A stretch of DNA of 63,156 nt, filler included, from Lenisia limosa (taxonomy: Eukaryota > Protista > Breviatea): the NCBI GenBank assembly GCA_001655205.1. It is 14 parts of 14 records of this genome, joined end to end, with 100 filler letters (N's around TTAATTAATTAA, not from the genome) between each part and the next. Parts side by side here need not be neighbours in the genome. Positions count along the whole stretch, not along the records: positions 1 to 3,490 come from LPNZ01009148.1; positions 3,591 to 5,201 come from LPNZ01002542.1; positions 5,302 to 7,380 come from LPNZ01010124.1; positions 7,481 to 13,033 come from LPNZ01011640.1; 10 more parts are not named here. One strand, written 5' to 3'. Below the pieces are notes generated by a model, which worked only from the letters and a program-made list of their open reading frames with translations, was not told the DNA's origin and did no database searches. Positions within the stretch are counted from its first letter, which is position 1. The number at the start of each line of letters is the position of its first letter. Shown piece by piece: positions 1 to 13,020 of the stretch. A program made the position numbers and the translations under genes.

Positions 1-654
1 TAAAAAATAATAGAATACGGAGTTTTGAATAAAATACGGAGTTTAGGTTGCCTAGCATATGGTATCATTTTCTATGAGGCTTATGATGATCAAAAGGCTG
101 TGAATTATGATGATCAAAAGGCTGTGAATCATGGGTAATGGTGGTGCTAATTAAGATACGCTACTCAACTACCATCAATTGTTAGACTTTACCGCTACTC
201 AAATACCTTTGGGTTTCCCTCAGGAGAAATTTTTATGGGGTATTGAGATGATTTTCACTAGGTACCATATTGGGCCAGATAACGAAAATGGCTTCTTGTC
301 ATTCTGTCAATTCACCCCCCCTAAAATACCTTTCCACCTCAGTATTGAAGGCAAAGAACGCAGTTTGGCCATGGCGGAAGAACAGTTCAAGGGCATTGGG
401 CCTGGTTTATTAATTAGTAGAGTTGTTTGAAATTCAAAAAAAAATAAAATATAGCCCTAGTGATTCACTAAAAATATAGCCCTAGTGATTCACTTCGGTT
501 CGAAAAGAATCCGCGATAAATATCGATATTTTCTCGGACATTTTCGGACATGCATGAAGCAAAAGATACTCCCCACCTTAGCCGATATCTCCTGGAATAG
601 AGACCCTCAATATCGTTAGTCGGCCAAACTGAGTCTGCTGAGCTGAACCGCCGG

Positions 655-770
655 GATATAGTGGTACTACCTGGGTGAGTGAGATATAGTGGTACTACCT
701 GGGTGAGTGAGATATAGTAGTACTACCTGGGTGAGTGAGATATAGTAGTACTACCTGGGTGAGTGAGTGA
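655..770. repeat. 28-bp minisatellite, 4 copies
   Basis: GATATAGT(G/A)GTACTACCTGGGTGAGTGA repeated four times head to tail. Confidence 0.95.
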
Positions 771-1947
771 GCTATGGTAATGCGTTTCATCGAAATCCAA
801 AGATCACCTTTTTATCATCACTACCCCCCTCCCCCCGCCACCTTTATTGTCGTCACTATCGGCCCAAAAGGCGATCTTAGCTGCACCTATCACCAATCGG
901 CCAGAGACACAGGCATTAGGCACGACTCTTTGGCAAGCCAGGCTGAGTACCTGCGACGTTTGCTCCTAAGAGGGNNNNNNNNNNNNNNNNNNNNNNNNNN
1001 NNNNNNNNNNNNNNNNNNNNNNNNNNNNNNNNNNNNNNNNNNNNNNNNNNNNNNNNNNNNNNNNNNNNNNNNNNNNNNNNNNNNNNNNNNNNNNNNNNNN
1101 NNNNNNNNNNNNNNNNNNNNNNNNNNNNNNNNNNNNNNNNNNNNNNNNNNNNNNNNNNNNNNNNNACGGCGGCGGCGTGGAATTTCGGAATGGGAGGGGG
1201 GGCTGGCGGACAAGCTGGATGGATAAGAGGAAAATATTACTGGAGATTTTGCAATATTAGTCGCCCCTTGGTCATTCCGGAATCTGGTTGCGTGTCAAAA
1301 TGAGGTTACCACTCCCTCCCTAGACAGTGAAAGATTTCCCCCTCGCACCATCCTCGATTTCAGTAGGAGATGCGGCAGTGTGGGCAGAGAAGCAATGGTT
1401 GCGTCTCAATAGCGGTCTTGTTCTATTGCCAACTTCGTGGTCGTCAACCATCCTGGGTATTTATCAGCACAGATTATTACGGGTGTTATGTCTTATCACA
1501 AGCGGAAGTAGTGGTATAAATAACAAAATCATACTACTTTATCAGACGTATTAAACATAATACTTCTCTGCCAACAAAGACTGGTTTGTCGATAATTCCG
1601 AACATTATCGATATTTACAGATATTACAGCACTAGATATTTACAGTTATTAGAGCACTAGTAGATATTTACAGTTGTTACAGCACTAGTAGATATTTACA
1701 GTTGTGCCCCCCCCCCTCCACCAGNNNNNNNNNNNNNNNNNNNNNNNNNNNNNNNNNNNNNNNNNNNNNNNNNNNNNNNNNNNNNNNTCAGATGAAAGGC
1801 TCCAAGGGCCTCGTTCCTCCATGATGCGATGATAGGTCTGGGTTTGGTTGAAAATTAAAGGGCTACGAATCAATTTACCCCTTCTCAAAGCCAAATCATA
1901 AATAGTTATTATGATTTTGGGATACAATTACATTTTTGCTGGGTATA

Positions 1948-2025
1948 CAGTGACCGAAATAAGTCGTGACCTATTTTCCTTGGGAAATCACACAGCAAAT
2001 CGGTCAAGACTTATTCTGGTCACTG
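1948..2025. mobile_element. Tc1/mariner-type MITE (family B), reference copy
   Basis: 78-bp fold-back CAGTGACCG...GGTCACTG flanked by TA on both sides. Related copies near 20741, 34088, 37490, 42146, 46951 (half), 48476, 56424, 56962 and 61177. Confidence 0.85.
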
Positions 2026-3456
2026 TATATACACTTTTTGCCCCCCTCAACAACCCTCAACCCCCATCCTCACGGTCTTCCAGGCTTGGGCTGCGAGTCG
2101 GTCTCTTCTCGAATATGAGGAAAGTGACACCATGTTATCGGCAGCTGCCTTGACCTGGGGGGGGGGGGGNNNNNNNNNNNNNNNNNNNNNNNNNNNNNNN
2201 NNNNNNNNNNNNNNNNNNNNNNNNNNNNNNNNNNNNNNNNNNNNNNNNNNNNNNNNNNNNNNNNNNNNNNNNNNNNNNNNNNNNNNNNNNNNNNNNNNNN
2301 NNNNNNNNNNNNNNNNNNNNNNNNNNNNNNNNNNNNNNNNNNNNNNNNNNNNNNNNNNNNNNNNNNNNNNNNNNNNNNNNNNNNNNNNNNNNNNNNNNNN
2401 NNNNGGGGAGTGAGGTGAGTGTTTTGTGGGTGAAGGAGTTCCACGAGATACCCGAGGAGATAAGGCTATGATTGCCATAGATAAGGCCATGATTGCCATG
2501 AAGGAGATAAGGCTGAGGTGGGCATGAAGGAGATAAGAACATACTGAAGGAACGGTCGAGGACGGATCAATTTCATGGGGGGACGGGCCACTACTCGCTC
2601 GTCGCTGTGCCTCCATACCTGGCAGTGAGATATTACCCCACGTTTATTAATAATTATACAATTACAGATTCCTGACTTATAACTTCAACATATTATGACA
2701 AGGGCTTCATACTGGTTGAAAAAGATCGGTAAACTATCGAAATATTTCGAGGATTTATCGAGAAAATTCGGTCATTTTCTGGTCAGCCCAAAATATGATA
2801 TTTAATTATAATTGTGATTCTGTGCAAATATTCATTCTCCACCCCTCCCCACTATTCCATGAGGCCAGGTTTGTCTGATACTGAACAACCGCCCTAAAAA
2901 GTGAATTAAGTATACAATGCGGGGAATGAGTAGTTCATTTATAAATATTAGGAAATCATCAGAATAAGCATTTACAACAAATAAGGCTATAGTCTGGAGA
3001 GGGTTGAAAGATTATCCAGAACTGGGGTAAATTAACACAGGCATTCTACCAAATCGAACATTAATAAAACCTCTAAGCCAAGGAGGGAAGCCTACCTTGA
3101 GAGAGTGGCTTCGTCAGCGTTGTATTCCTTTTGTAACTGTTTCCAAGCCCGGGAACTGAACTGCCAACGTTACAACAAAAATGTATGGTTAAGGCATTGA
3201 TTAGAAAGAAGAAACAGAAGGAAAAATTTGCCCAAAACTGTCCACCCCATAGGCTTAATTGTTAAGAAAAATTAAACAGACTGCTTTAAATGTGTCGACA
3301 GGGAGGTCATAGAAGACCTGTGTTATGGGTAATGGGCAATAATTGCTTAGTTATTAAGCTCAAAGCCCCCCCACCTTGGCCTGTCTCTTGGTGCTGTCCA
3401 TATGACTTCGTTGCAGCGTCTGCCTCAACTCCCTGGGTAGGGGTGAAGAAATTGAT

Positions 3457-3490
<34 letters not shown>

Positions 3491-3534
3491 NNNNNNNNNN
3501 NNNNNNNNNNNNNNNNNNNNNNNNNNNNNNNNNN

Positions 3535-3546
3535 TTAATTAATTAA
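3535..3546. other. Artificial contig-joining linker (first of 13)
   Basis: TTAATTAATTAA (stops in all six frames) inside N-runs, 44 N each side where counted. Positions: 3535, 5246, 7425, 13078, 14959, 18907, 36894, 39221, 40699, 42700, 45660, 60311, 61563. Adjacency across these points has no biological meaning. Confidence 0.97.
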
Positions 3547-5399
3547 NNNNNNNNNNNNNNNNNNNNNNNNNNNNNNNNNNNNNNNNNNNNAATGTCAAAA
3601 ATCCGTGAATTTGGTCTCCCGGGGGTCCCCCTTTTGCCTTTTCACAGGATGTTTTTTCTGAATCTTACCCTCTTTTAGTGTTAAGAAACAAAAAATTTTA
3701 CCCCTCGGAGTAATTGGTTTCGGGTTCCCATTTGCTTTGGCTATGTAATGGTGAATTTTGAGGAAAAAATGCTAAAAATAGCACTGTCTACAGGGGTACA
3801 CTTTCCCAGATTGTTGCCATTTTTTCCTTGAATGTGGCCTTTTATAACGGTTTTTGCTTATTTTTGAACGTTTTTGGACCGTAAATAGAGAGCTTAGGGA
3901 CTTAATTTGGTTTTGACCCGATAATATGTTAAATTGGGGTTTCATTATTTGATTAAGATTGAGATTACTTTCAAAAACAGAAGGGAAATAGGGTTTCTGG
4001 GTGGTTGATGGTGATTTTGTATGTAAAACTCAAGCTGTCCGGGAGTTTTGATGTGTCCGGGAATTTTGAATGATGTCCGGAGCTNNNNNNNNNNNNNNNN
4101 NNNNNNNNNNNNNNNNNNNNNNNNNNNNNNNNNNNNNNNNNNNNNNNNNNNNNNNNNNNNNNNNNNNNNNNNNNNNNNNNNNNNNNNNNNNNNNNNNNNN
4201 NNNNNNNNNNNNNNNNNNNNNNNNNNNNNNNNNNNNNNGTTACACTTCCCACATCTCCGTATTCACAAAAATACACAGCACTCTGGGTAATACCAAACAA
4301 AACGACTTATTTTGAATAAAACAGTAATAAATATTATACAAAACAAAAAAGATACATTAGGCCTTTTTTACCTTCTTGGGATTTCTCTCAGCAGGAGAGC
4401 GAGCTTGAGGGCAGTAGCCTTGGGGGCAGTCTTGGGTGCCTGCACTCAGGACTGCCTCAATGGCACGCAGCCAAGAGACTCAGCAGTGTCAGCAGGAGGA
4501 GGGCCCAGAAGTCGTCGGGGATGGAGTACTCCATTCGGCACTCGTTGACGAAGGGGACAAAGGCATCGAAGACACGTACAGTCTACATCGTGCGACAATA
4601 ATAATAACAAGTCTCAATAAATATCGAAACTGTAAATGTCTTTTAATAATATCGAAAGTGAATCTCTATTCATAATTCTCAAAAATGATATAGGTGATGA
4701 TAGATGACAGAATTTTTGTAACCCCCCCCCCCCNNNNNNNNNNNNNNNNNNNNNNNNNNNNNNNNNNNNNNNNNNNNNNNNNNNNNNNNNNNNNNNNNNN
4801 NNNNNNNNNNNNNNNNNNNNNNNNNNNNNNNNNNNNNNNNNNNNNNNNNNNNNNNNNNNNNNNNNNNNNNNGTAGGGGCAGATCTCTACTTCTCCCTCTC
4901 AGAGATAGTCTTATTGGTAATGAGGATGATGGGGGAACAAGAACACCACTGGAGCTGATATATCAGAGGCAAACACAGGTTTTAAGGAAACTATTATTAC
5001 CACAAGCAAATCTCATCATTTTCCTTTAAATGATATGCCCTCCAACCAGATGGTACCGACCAAGGTCATACGCTGCACGGCCTTAGGCTTGCGGCGATAA
5101 GCAATCTTAGACTCCTTGAAGCTCACAACTTTAGCCTAGAATGGTGTGGGGGGGGGGGAGTAAAACGAAGGCAATTTCGATGAAGAATATTGGCGTGAAT
5201 CNNNNNNNNNNNNNNNNNNNNNNNNNNNNNNNNNNNNNNNNNNNNTTAATTAATTAANNNNNNNNNNNNNNNNNNNNNNNNNNNNNNNNNNNNNNNNNNN
5301 NCCGTTATACTTTTTATTTTTATAGTCTGAAATTGGAGATTTTTCTGTCACTCCCCTAACCTCGACCTCGAACTGGCGTCTGGGCCATTTTCTTGTTTA

Positions 5400-6508
5400 C
5401 GGTCCTATTGTTTTTGGAAGCTGCCGGGTCCTCAGCCTCAACAAAAGTGGTAACGTCAACACCATCATCGCTAAAGGAGACAGTGGGATCCTGGGGGGGG
5501 GGGGGNNNNNNNNNNNNNNNNNNNNNNNNNNNNNNNNNNNNNNNNNNNNNNNNNNNNNNNNNNNNNNNNNNNNNNNNNNNNNNNNNNNNNNNNNNNNNNN
5601 NNNNNNNNNNNNNNNNNNNNNNNNNNNNNNNAGTCGTTGCTGCAGCACCGCATCCCATCACTCCAAGTAAAATTGAAAAAAATACATGAGAAAAAACAGA
5701 ATCAACTATGATGATAGGTGACCCCACACTACCCCATTCTCTCCCTCCCCCCAACACACACACACAAATTCTCTCATAATAATACTATAATCCAATCTTC
5801 CTCATAACTGATCCTCACCGAATGGATAATGTGAAATTATGAAACAATATTGAACCTCCCATGAACCCCCTCCCCTCCAACATCGGCCATAGACTTGCCC
5901 TGGGCAAGCAGGCGGCCTTTCTGTTCTGAAGGCGCAGTGGCAGCAAGGGTGGCTTCTGAAAGGAAATAGGACTGGAGCTGTAGAGCCGCAACCGCTACAG
6001 AGGGAGTAAAACATTTCGATGAAGAAATAGCAAGTAAAATGAAGGAAATTTCGATGAAGAATATTGACGTAAAAGTAAAAATCACGAACCAAGAGGTGGG
6101 GGGATGACCAGAAACACAAACTTAAATAATCAAGACGTACAGATTTTATTATGTCACATGACCAACCTTCCTCGAAAGCCTCATCAAGAAGGCCACAAGC
6201 AGCCAAGCTACGACTCAACGCTAACTTAGCACGCACCAGCACCTCCCTGTGGCATGAAGATTATAAAAAAACATATTCTTTATCAAACTTGGTGAACTTA
6301 GCCTGCACCAACACAAATGAAAATTAAATATTATCAATAATAACAATAATAAAACAATAATAATAACAACAATAATAAAAATCCCAGTTTTTTAGAACCA
6401 GGGTAATAACTCGTCCCCCAGGTACCTAAATACAGAGCTCTTCTTCTCGAGGGCGATAGCCGAAATCAGGTCAGTGGTAATCTGGACGCACTGCGCTGAG
6501 TCGCCAGA
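5400..6508 (-). CDS. Partial multi-exon gene, unknown protein
   Basis: AG/GT-bounded open exons: SGDSAQCVQITTDLISAIALEKKSS (from 6508), VAALQLQSYFLSEATLAATAPSEQKGRLLAQG (from 5994), DPTVSFSDDGVDVTTFVEAEDPAASKNNRT (from 5490). No recognisable domain. Confidence 0.5.
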
Positions 6509-9500
6509 CTGTATGAGATGAGGGGGGAGTAAATTGGAATTATGAAACAAAAAAAAGCCCAAATCAACTCTNNNNNNNNNNNNNNNNNNNNNNNNNNNNN
6601 NNCAGTATACCCACCTCGTAGTACGCTTCCGCCCGAATGGTGTTGAGCATCTCTGGTACTACAAGATAAAAAATATGACATACTACGAACTACGTTAACA
6701 AAAAAACAGTTTTTGAAAAAAGAAGGAACGTGTCAGTCAATTATCACATGAGCGGATATGAGATATCATTGCGTGGAGAATGGTAGTTCACAGGTGAGAA
6801 AATGAGCCAAAAAGTGACATTATTATCATACATCCAACAATACCCACAGTGTTCCGGGCACTTTGTCCCTGCCAGTTCGACATAGTCTTCTGCCTGGTCT
6901 AATAACGCACTTGCCTGGTTCACGTCTCCTCCACGCTAAATAATTAAAAAAGAGGAAGGAAAAAAAAACAAAAAGAAGAAGATGATGATTATGATGACGA
7001 AGATGAAGAAGAAGAAAGAAGAAAGAAGAAGAAGATGATGACGACGTAGAATAAGAACAATAAAAAGAAGAAAAATAATGTTAGAATTGCTCCCAATAAA
7101 ACTTCGCATACCACAGAGAGAGATGCGAGTTCAGCAAGGCTCAAGGCGGCTCCTGCATAGTCCTGTTTCATCAGCTTTGTTAGAGAGAGAGAGGGAGGGG
7201 GAATTAGTCCTGTTTCGTCAATTTTTACTTTATTTAAAAGAAATGGAGACAATTTGTGGTATTAATTACAGGGTATCCTGGCACGGATATTGAGCTTTAT
7301 CTTTAGGCAGTCATATCAGGAATGATCGCGGTCAGTGTATACATTAAGAATAAGAAAAGGAGTAGCGGGGGGGGGGGGGGNNNNNNNNNNNNNNNNNNNN
7401 NNNNNNNNNNNNNNNNNNNNNNNNTTAATTAATTAANNNNNNNNNNNNNNNNNNNNNNNNNNNNNNNNNNNNNNNNNNNNTATAAAGTTGACTCAATAGA
7501 GTTGATTTATCTTTTATCAAACAGGCTCCGTAGAACCCGCACTTCCTGTCATCGTCCGAAAATCGAAATCAGGTTGGCTATTTTTTCTGACCAAATAAAA
7601 TCCATATATTATGTGATATTGTAGCACCGCTGAGTTGAACGTTAATTCTCACGTCACCGTTTTCCTGGAAGTGTTTTTTTTGTGATGATTTTAAGGAGTT
7701 TTCTGGACAGATTTTTCATTTCATTTCCACACACAGGTAGTTTCCCAATAATTATCCATTTTCTTTCGTTAACTAATCTCCCAACTTCCTAATGCAAATG
7801 GTTCTAAAAGTGCTTGACTGATCTATTCAGGTCATCACTCATGCAGTTGCCGTGAACTCTGCTGCAGTCATAAAGCCATCCTTGTTGAGCACAACGCTAA
7901 CTATATCCTGGCAGATGACGAGTCCAGCTCAGGGTCCGGTTCTGGATCTGATGACGACAATGATGGCAATAATGAGGGTTTGGTTCTGTATTAACTTATT
8001 GTGTAGACAATCATGGCTATTTTGGTCTTTCTGTTGGTGCCACCCTTTCAGAAGCTGAAAAGGGGAGACTCGATATGGGTTGGTGCTTTACAGTTCAAAC
8101 GGTTTAACTGTATTTTAGATCCACCTCGAGATAATGCCACCTTGGCTGAGAGTGAGTGCCATTGGTGCCACTCAGAAGAGGTANNNNNNNNNNNNNNNNN
8201 NNNNNNNNNNNNNNNNNNNNNNNNNNNNNNNNNNNNNNNNNNNNNNNNNNNNNNNNNNNNNNNNNNNNNNNNNNNNNNNNNNNNNNNNNNNNNNNNNNNN
8301 NNNNNNNNNNNNNNNNNNNNNNNNNNNNNNNNNNNNNNNNNNNNNNNNNNNNNNNNNNNNNNNNNNNNNNNNNNNNNNNNNNNNNNNNNNNNNNNNNCCA
8401 ACCCATGTTGCAACCTATTCCCTCGCTCTCTCCATTTCTGATCTTCGCCCGCTCCATAAGAAGGCTGTGTCCCGTATCCGCAACTGGACAGGGAAGAGTC
8501 CCACTGTATCGTCCCTACAAGTCAGATTGGGGCTGATTCTAAGCGGCTCTTTTGTAGTTTTACACTTTACCTTCAAGTCTCTTCAAAACACTTGGGTCAA
8601 GAAACGAGCACGCTCCAATATTGACGCCCTTGAATGTACTAAGGCCCTCCTTACACCTATTGATTTCTGATAGCATAGCGACTGCAAAGTGATGGGAACT
8701 CTGTCAGAAATTGAGGTGCATAAGGACGATGCCTTCATGACTTCGGAACAGTATGAGTTCAGTTATTCTTTTATTTTCGACAGGCTGAAAGCAAAATACC
8801 GTGTGTTTGTTGATGGAACAGAAGGCAAGGCTTCTGCAATGCGTCTAAGCAAGTATGATATTGACTATTACTTTAGCACTATATCCTCTACATATAATAT
8901 TATATCATATAATATGATGTGATATATGTAAGTTGATATTATCCATACTCAGTTGAATTAATAGTAATCCAATATCTCGTATCAGCGTGTTAGTGTGGAC
9001 GGATTCAGTCAGATACAACCTGGTTTTATTTCTGATCTCAATATATACTATAGTATATCATATGATATATATATAAAATATACATATCAGTGCATTTTTT
9101 TAGATAATCGGTGCTTTAAGGAANNNNNNNNNNGGATCTAAATTTACAACAATTTCGAAATATTATTATTCCTCAAGAACAAGGTATTTTTGAAGAAAAG
9201 TTGAAGAAAATTCAAACAATTCAAAATTTCAAAAAAGTGCTCCGTTTTGGGGTGGTCACCTATGTGCATCACATTCTTTTTTCGGACCGAAGTGACTGGA
9301 GCCTCAAGAAATAATATGCTGAATTAGAAGAGACTGAAATAAATATATCCGGTAATAAGAATACAAAATAAGAGATAAAGAAGACACGATGAAGACAAAA
9401 AAAAGTAATAGAGAACAGTGAAACGGGTGGGGGAGGGATACAGAATAATTTGTAAGTTATGATGATAATGGAGTGGAAAAATGTAAGACAAAAAAACCAA

Positions 9501-9581
9501 TATATCATATAATATATTATATTCTATATATATATGCTGGTTAAATGCGAGGAACTTCAACTTAAAGAGAATTGGACAGAC

Positions 9582-9681
9582 CTGTCAGGTCGTTAATGGA
9601 GGGATTGTACGGGGGGAAGAATCGCATTCGGCTATCAAGCCCATCAAGCTCATATTGCTTCACGTTCTGATAGCGAACCTC
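9582..9681 (-). CDS. Isolated internal exon, unknown protein
   Basis: tag|EVRYQNVKQYELDGLDSRMRFFPPYNPSINDLT|gtctgt. Confidence 0.4.
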
Positions 9682-10207
9682 CTACTCGGTGATGAGTGAA
9701 AAATTAAAACTGAATGAAGAGGGGAGGTGGGGGGTAAAATGGAAATCAACTCTGTTGGCTGACAACATACGAGGGTTGATAATAACAAAAACAAAAATAG
9801 CCCAGGCTAGTCGCTTCTGCAGGGGATATAAACGTTAATTGGAAATAGACGCGAGAGAATGGTAAATTGTTTTATGGTATCCAAATGTATTTAAGTTCAC
9901 TCTGTTTTGAAACCATCTTTATGCCCCTTGGATCAACAATGAGTTCAATTCGTTGATTATCTTTGTTTGCCTGTTTATTATTTGTTTATTAGATCTGTCT
10001 GTTTGTGTCTGCACTACTCTCTGTTTGACATGCGTTCTTTACCCTTTGAACCATGTGCTGGTCCGGGCATAAAACTTCCATTATTTGCTTCCCTAGATTT
10101 CAAATGGAAACTAAGACTGATATAAACTGTGCTTTATCCTCGTACCATTATTTGGTTCATTTTTTCACGAGTATACTATCATTTTCCACGCAATGATATG
10201 ATATGAT

Positions 10208-10305
10208 TAGGACTTCCCTACGGTCCTAAAAAGACTGGTCAAATAAGATATTTATCGAGGATTTATCGAGAAATTCAGTCTATTTTGGGACCGTGGGAAC
10301 CCCTA
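10208..10305. mobile_element. hAT-type MITE (family A, TAGGGCTTCCCTAC subfamily)
   Basis: 98-bp element with TAGG...CCCTA termini and a perfect 8-bp TSD GATATGAT (10200-10207 and 10306-10313). Confidence 0.9.
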
Positions 10306-10865
10306 GATATGATACATGTCTATACCATATGTTTAATCTATCGAAATCCACTTGCGTGATAATTGACCGACAAACCTCAATGGTACATTTATACATACAC
10401 CCTTATTTCTACCCCTCTCACCAAAAATGAGATCATTATCCCCCCCNNNNNNNNNNNNNNNNNNNNNNNNNNNNNNNNNNNNNNNNNNNNNNNNNNNNNN
10501 NNNNNNNNNNNNNNNNNNNNNNNNNNNNNNNNNNNNNNNNNNNNNNNNNNNNNNNNNNNNNNNNNNNNNNNNNNNNNNNNNACAATACAGTCCACAATTT
10601 GCCCGCTAATATTCCAGTTAAGATAACCGAAAAACAAGTACGGCTCATGGTCTGTGTAGATGTTGGGGTACCTAAAGTTCCGTGAGACCGAAATGTATCA
10701 TGTATAATTAATGTAGTAATGTTGGACAGATTAAAAAATGCAAAATTTCTCGATAATCCTCGATGACTATCAATAGTTTGCGGTCCCGTAACCCCCCTCC
10801 CCACATGGGACTCAAAACACTTCTATGTTCCTCGCATCCTTCTCATCACCTGGAAAGGTAGTCAC

Positions 10866-10954
10866 TATGGTTTCACTTCAGTTCGGGAAAATATCGATAG
10901 TTTTCGGGGATTTGTCGAGAATTTCAGTATTTATCGAGCCGAAGTGAAGCCCTA
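10866..10954. mobile_element. hAT-type MITE (family A, TAGGGCTTCACTTC subfamily)
   Basis: Imperfect TIRs ending GAAGTGAAGCCCTA, with a perfect 8-bp TSD GTAGTCAC (10858-10865 and 10955-10962). Confidence 0.9.
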
Positions 10955-11190
10955 GTAGTCACCAATTCAGCATAACCCCTTAGAATAGCTAAAATTATCT
11001 TCCACCCTCCCCTGTTTGCCATATTTACTCCCCATCCTCTCATTCCCNNNNNNNNNNNNNNNNNNNNNNNNNNNNNNNNNNNNNNNNNNNNNNNNNNNNN
11101 NNNNNNNNNNNNNNNNNNNNNNNNNNNNNNNNNNNNNNNNNNNNNNNNNNNNNNNNNNNNNNNNNNNNNNNNGATTCAGTTTTCCCCAAG

Positions 11191-11297
11191 ATACCCCCCG
11201 TTGCATTACCGCGCTTCACAATGCAATCGATCGTGGGAATCTTGATATGATCAAGTATCTCCTTAGCCTTGGTGCGGACGTTAATGCAACAAATATG
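11191..11297 (+). CDS. Ankyrin-repeat exon
   Basis: ITALHNAIDRGNLDMIKYLLSLGADVNATNM fits the ankyrin consensus (TxLHxAxxxGxxxxxxxLLxxGADVN) and is followed by GT. Confidence 0.85.
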
Positions 11298-12854
11298 GTG
11301 GGTAACATGTTTTATGTGAGGTTTACCCTTCCTCCCTTTTCACCATTCCCCTATCCAGAATCACCCTTTTTTTCCCAAGATACCCCCCCCCCCATNNNNN
11401 NNNNNNNNNNNNNNNNNNNNNNNNNNNNNNNNNNNNNNNNNNNNNNNNNNNNNNNNNNNNNNNNNNNNNNCATCTGTAGCCGCAATAACCCTGTGCTGTA
11501 AATGGAAAATACATATGATCCTAGTTTCAATAGATACTTTACTGCAAAAAAATACATACACATACAACCCCAACCACCCAAAAATCCTGTGCTGTAAATG
11601 GAAATANNNNNNNNNNNNNNNNNNNNNNNNNNNNNNNNNNNNNNNNNNNNNNNNNNNNNNNNNNNNNNNNNNNNNNNNNNAAAACACCCAATATACTTTC
11701 AAAATCTTATCGCAAGATTGTTAAAGATTAGCGCTAATGTCGGTAATTTGGTCGCTAATCTGGTGAGCCTATACCCCCTCTCACTACACTACGCTATAAA
11801 TATTAGCGTAGTGTGTATTGATAATCAGTCCTTGCCTTTCAGCTCTGTGCACTCAGCTTTTTGTGTGCCTCCCTTGCATACCAAAAAACAAACAAGGCGA
11901 AAAAATACCATATGTCCAATCTATTTGTTTCCGTTCATTTATGGTCTATCTATTTGTTGCTCAAAACAAAACGGGATTATAAGAAGGCACGATGTCACCA
12001 AACCGCCTTACCCAGAGCCTTCTTCAACCTCATTTTGCAGACCAATGGGTGTGTCTCTCAGCAGAAAGGGAGACACTATTGCGGTGAGAGAAGAGTTATC
12101 TTACCAATAGTGCAGATGATAGAAAGAATCAAAAGATGAATCTTCATTTTGTTATATTTTTATACTCATTTATTTAACAATAAATAGTGTACTGTCGCAA
12201 AAAAGGAAAAAAAGGGGAGTGAAGGGTCGGTATAGACACTACCCATTATATCGTATAAGAATCCATTCCAACTCCCCCTTTTCTGCTCTTATGCTTTAGA
12301 AATACTCGCAAACTATAAAACAACAAGGCGTCAGACGGATGATGTGAAGCCCTTCTTCCCAGCCAACAAGATCCCCTCACCTTCCCTAAACTGCTCTCGT
12401 GATAAGCTAAAATGGGTTCGGTATGTGTGGATGAGTATGATCAATGCGAATTAACCTTTTCAACAGGAATATAACAACAATGCTAATTTATAATTCACAA
12501 GTATAAACCTTTTTCATTTATTCTCTGTTTTTTCTCAGTTAGTTGGGTGAAAATATACTATAAAGCAGATCTATTATGATCGTGATGCAACTTATTTCAT
12601 CCCATCTCTACGTATCTTATATGAAATCCGTAACAGGCTGGATTAACAACATGCACCACATTAATGTGACATATGAAATATATTGTTTGTTCTTGAAAGT
12701 TAACGTTTTCATCATCACATCATCATCATCACGACATCAGCAATCATCGTCACCATCACAGTCACCACGACTATCAATATCAATATCATCACCATCATCA
12801 ATGCCATCAATTTCATCACCATTACCAACACCACCATCATCACCTTCACAGGTT

Positions 12855-13020
12855 TCACTGAACCTTGACCAGCTGGTGGGCCAAGCGCTGGTCCCCCGGG
12901 GTCACGTAGTTCCGAACGTGGAGAGCCAGGTTCTGATGACGCATCCGCCCAAAAAGATCATAGATCTTCTTCCGATTGTGCGTGTCAATGCCGGCCATGA
13001 AAAAGCGGCTGTCAGCAGGG
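12855..13020 (-). CDS. Probable terminal exon, unknown protein
   Basis: Open frame PNPADSRFFMAGIDTHNRKKIYDLFGRMRHQNLALHVRNYVTPGDQRLAHQLVKVQ* running from the contig edge. Confidence 0.45.

Noticed and set aside
655-770. CRISPR repeat or U1-like (TACCTGG) array
   Set aside because: 28-bp units abut with no spacers, and no U1 stem-loops or Sm site follow.
2612-2640. U1 snRNA 5' end (ACCTGGCAG.GAGATA)
   Set aside because: The similarity stops after about 17 nt; it is better explained as a minus-strand splice acceptor.
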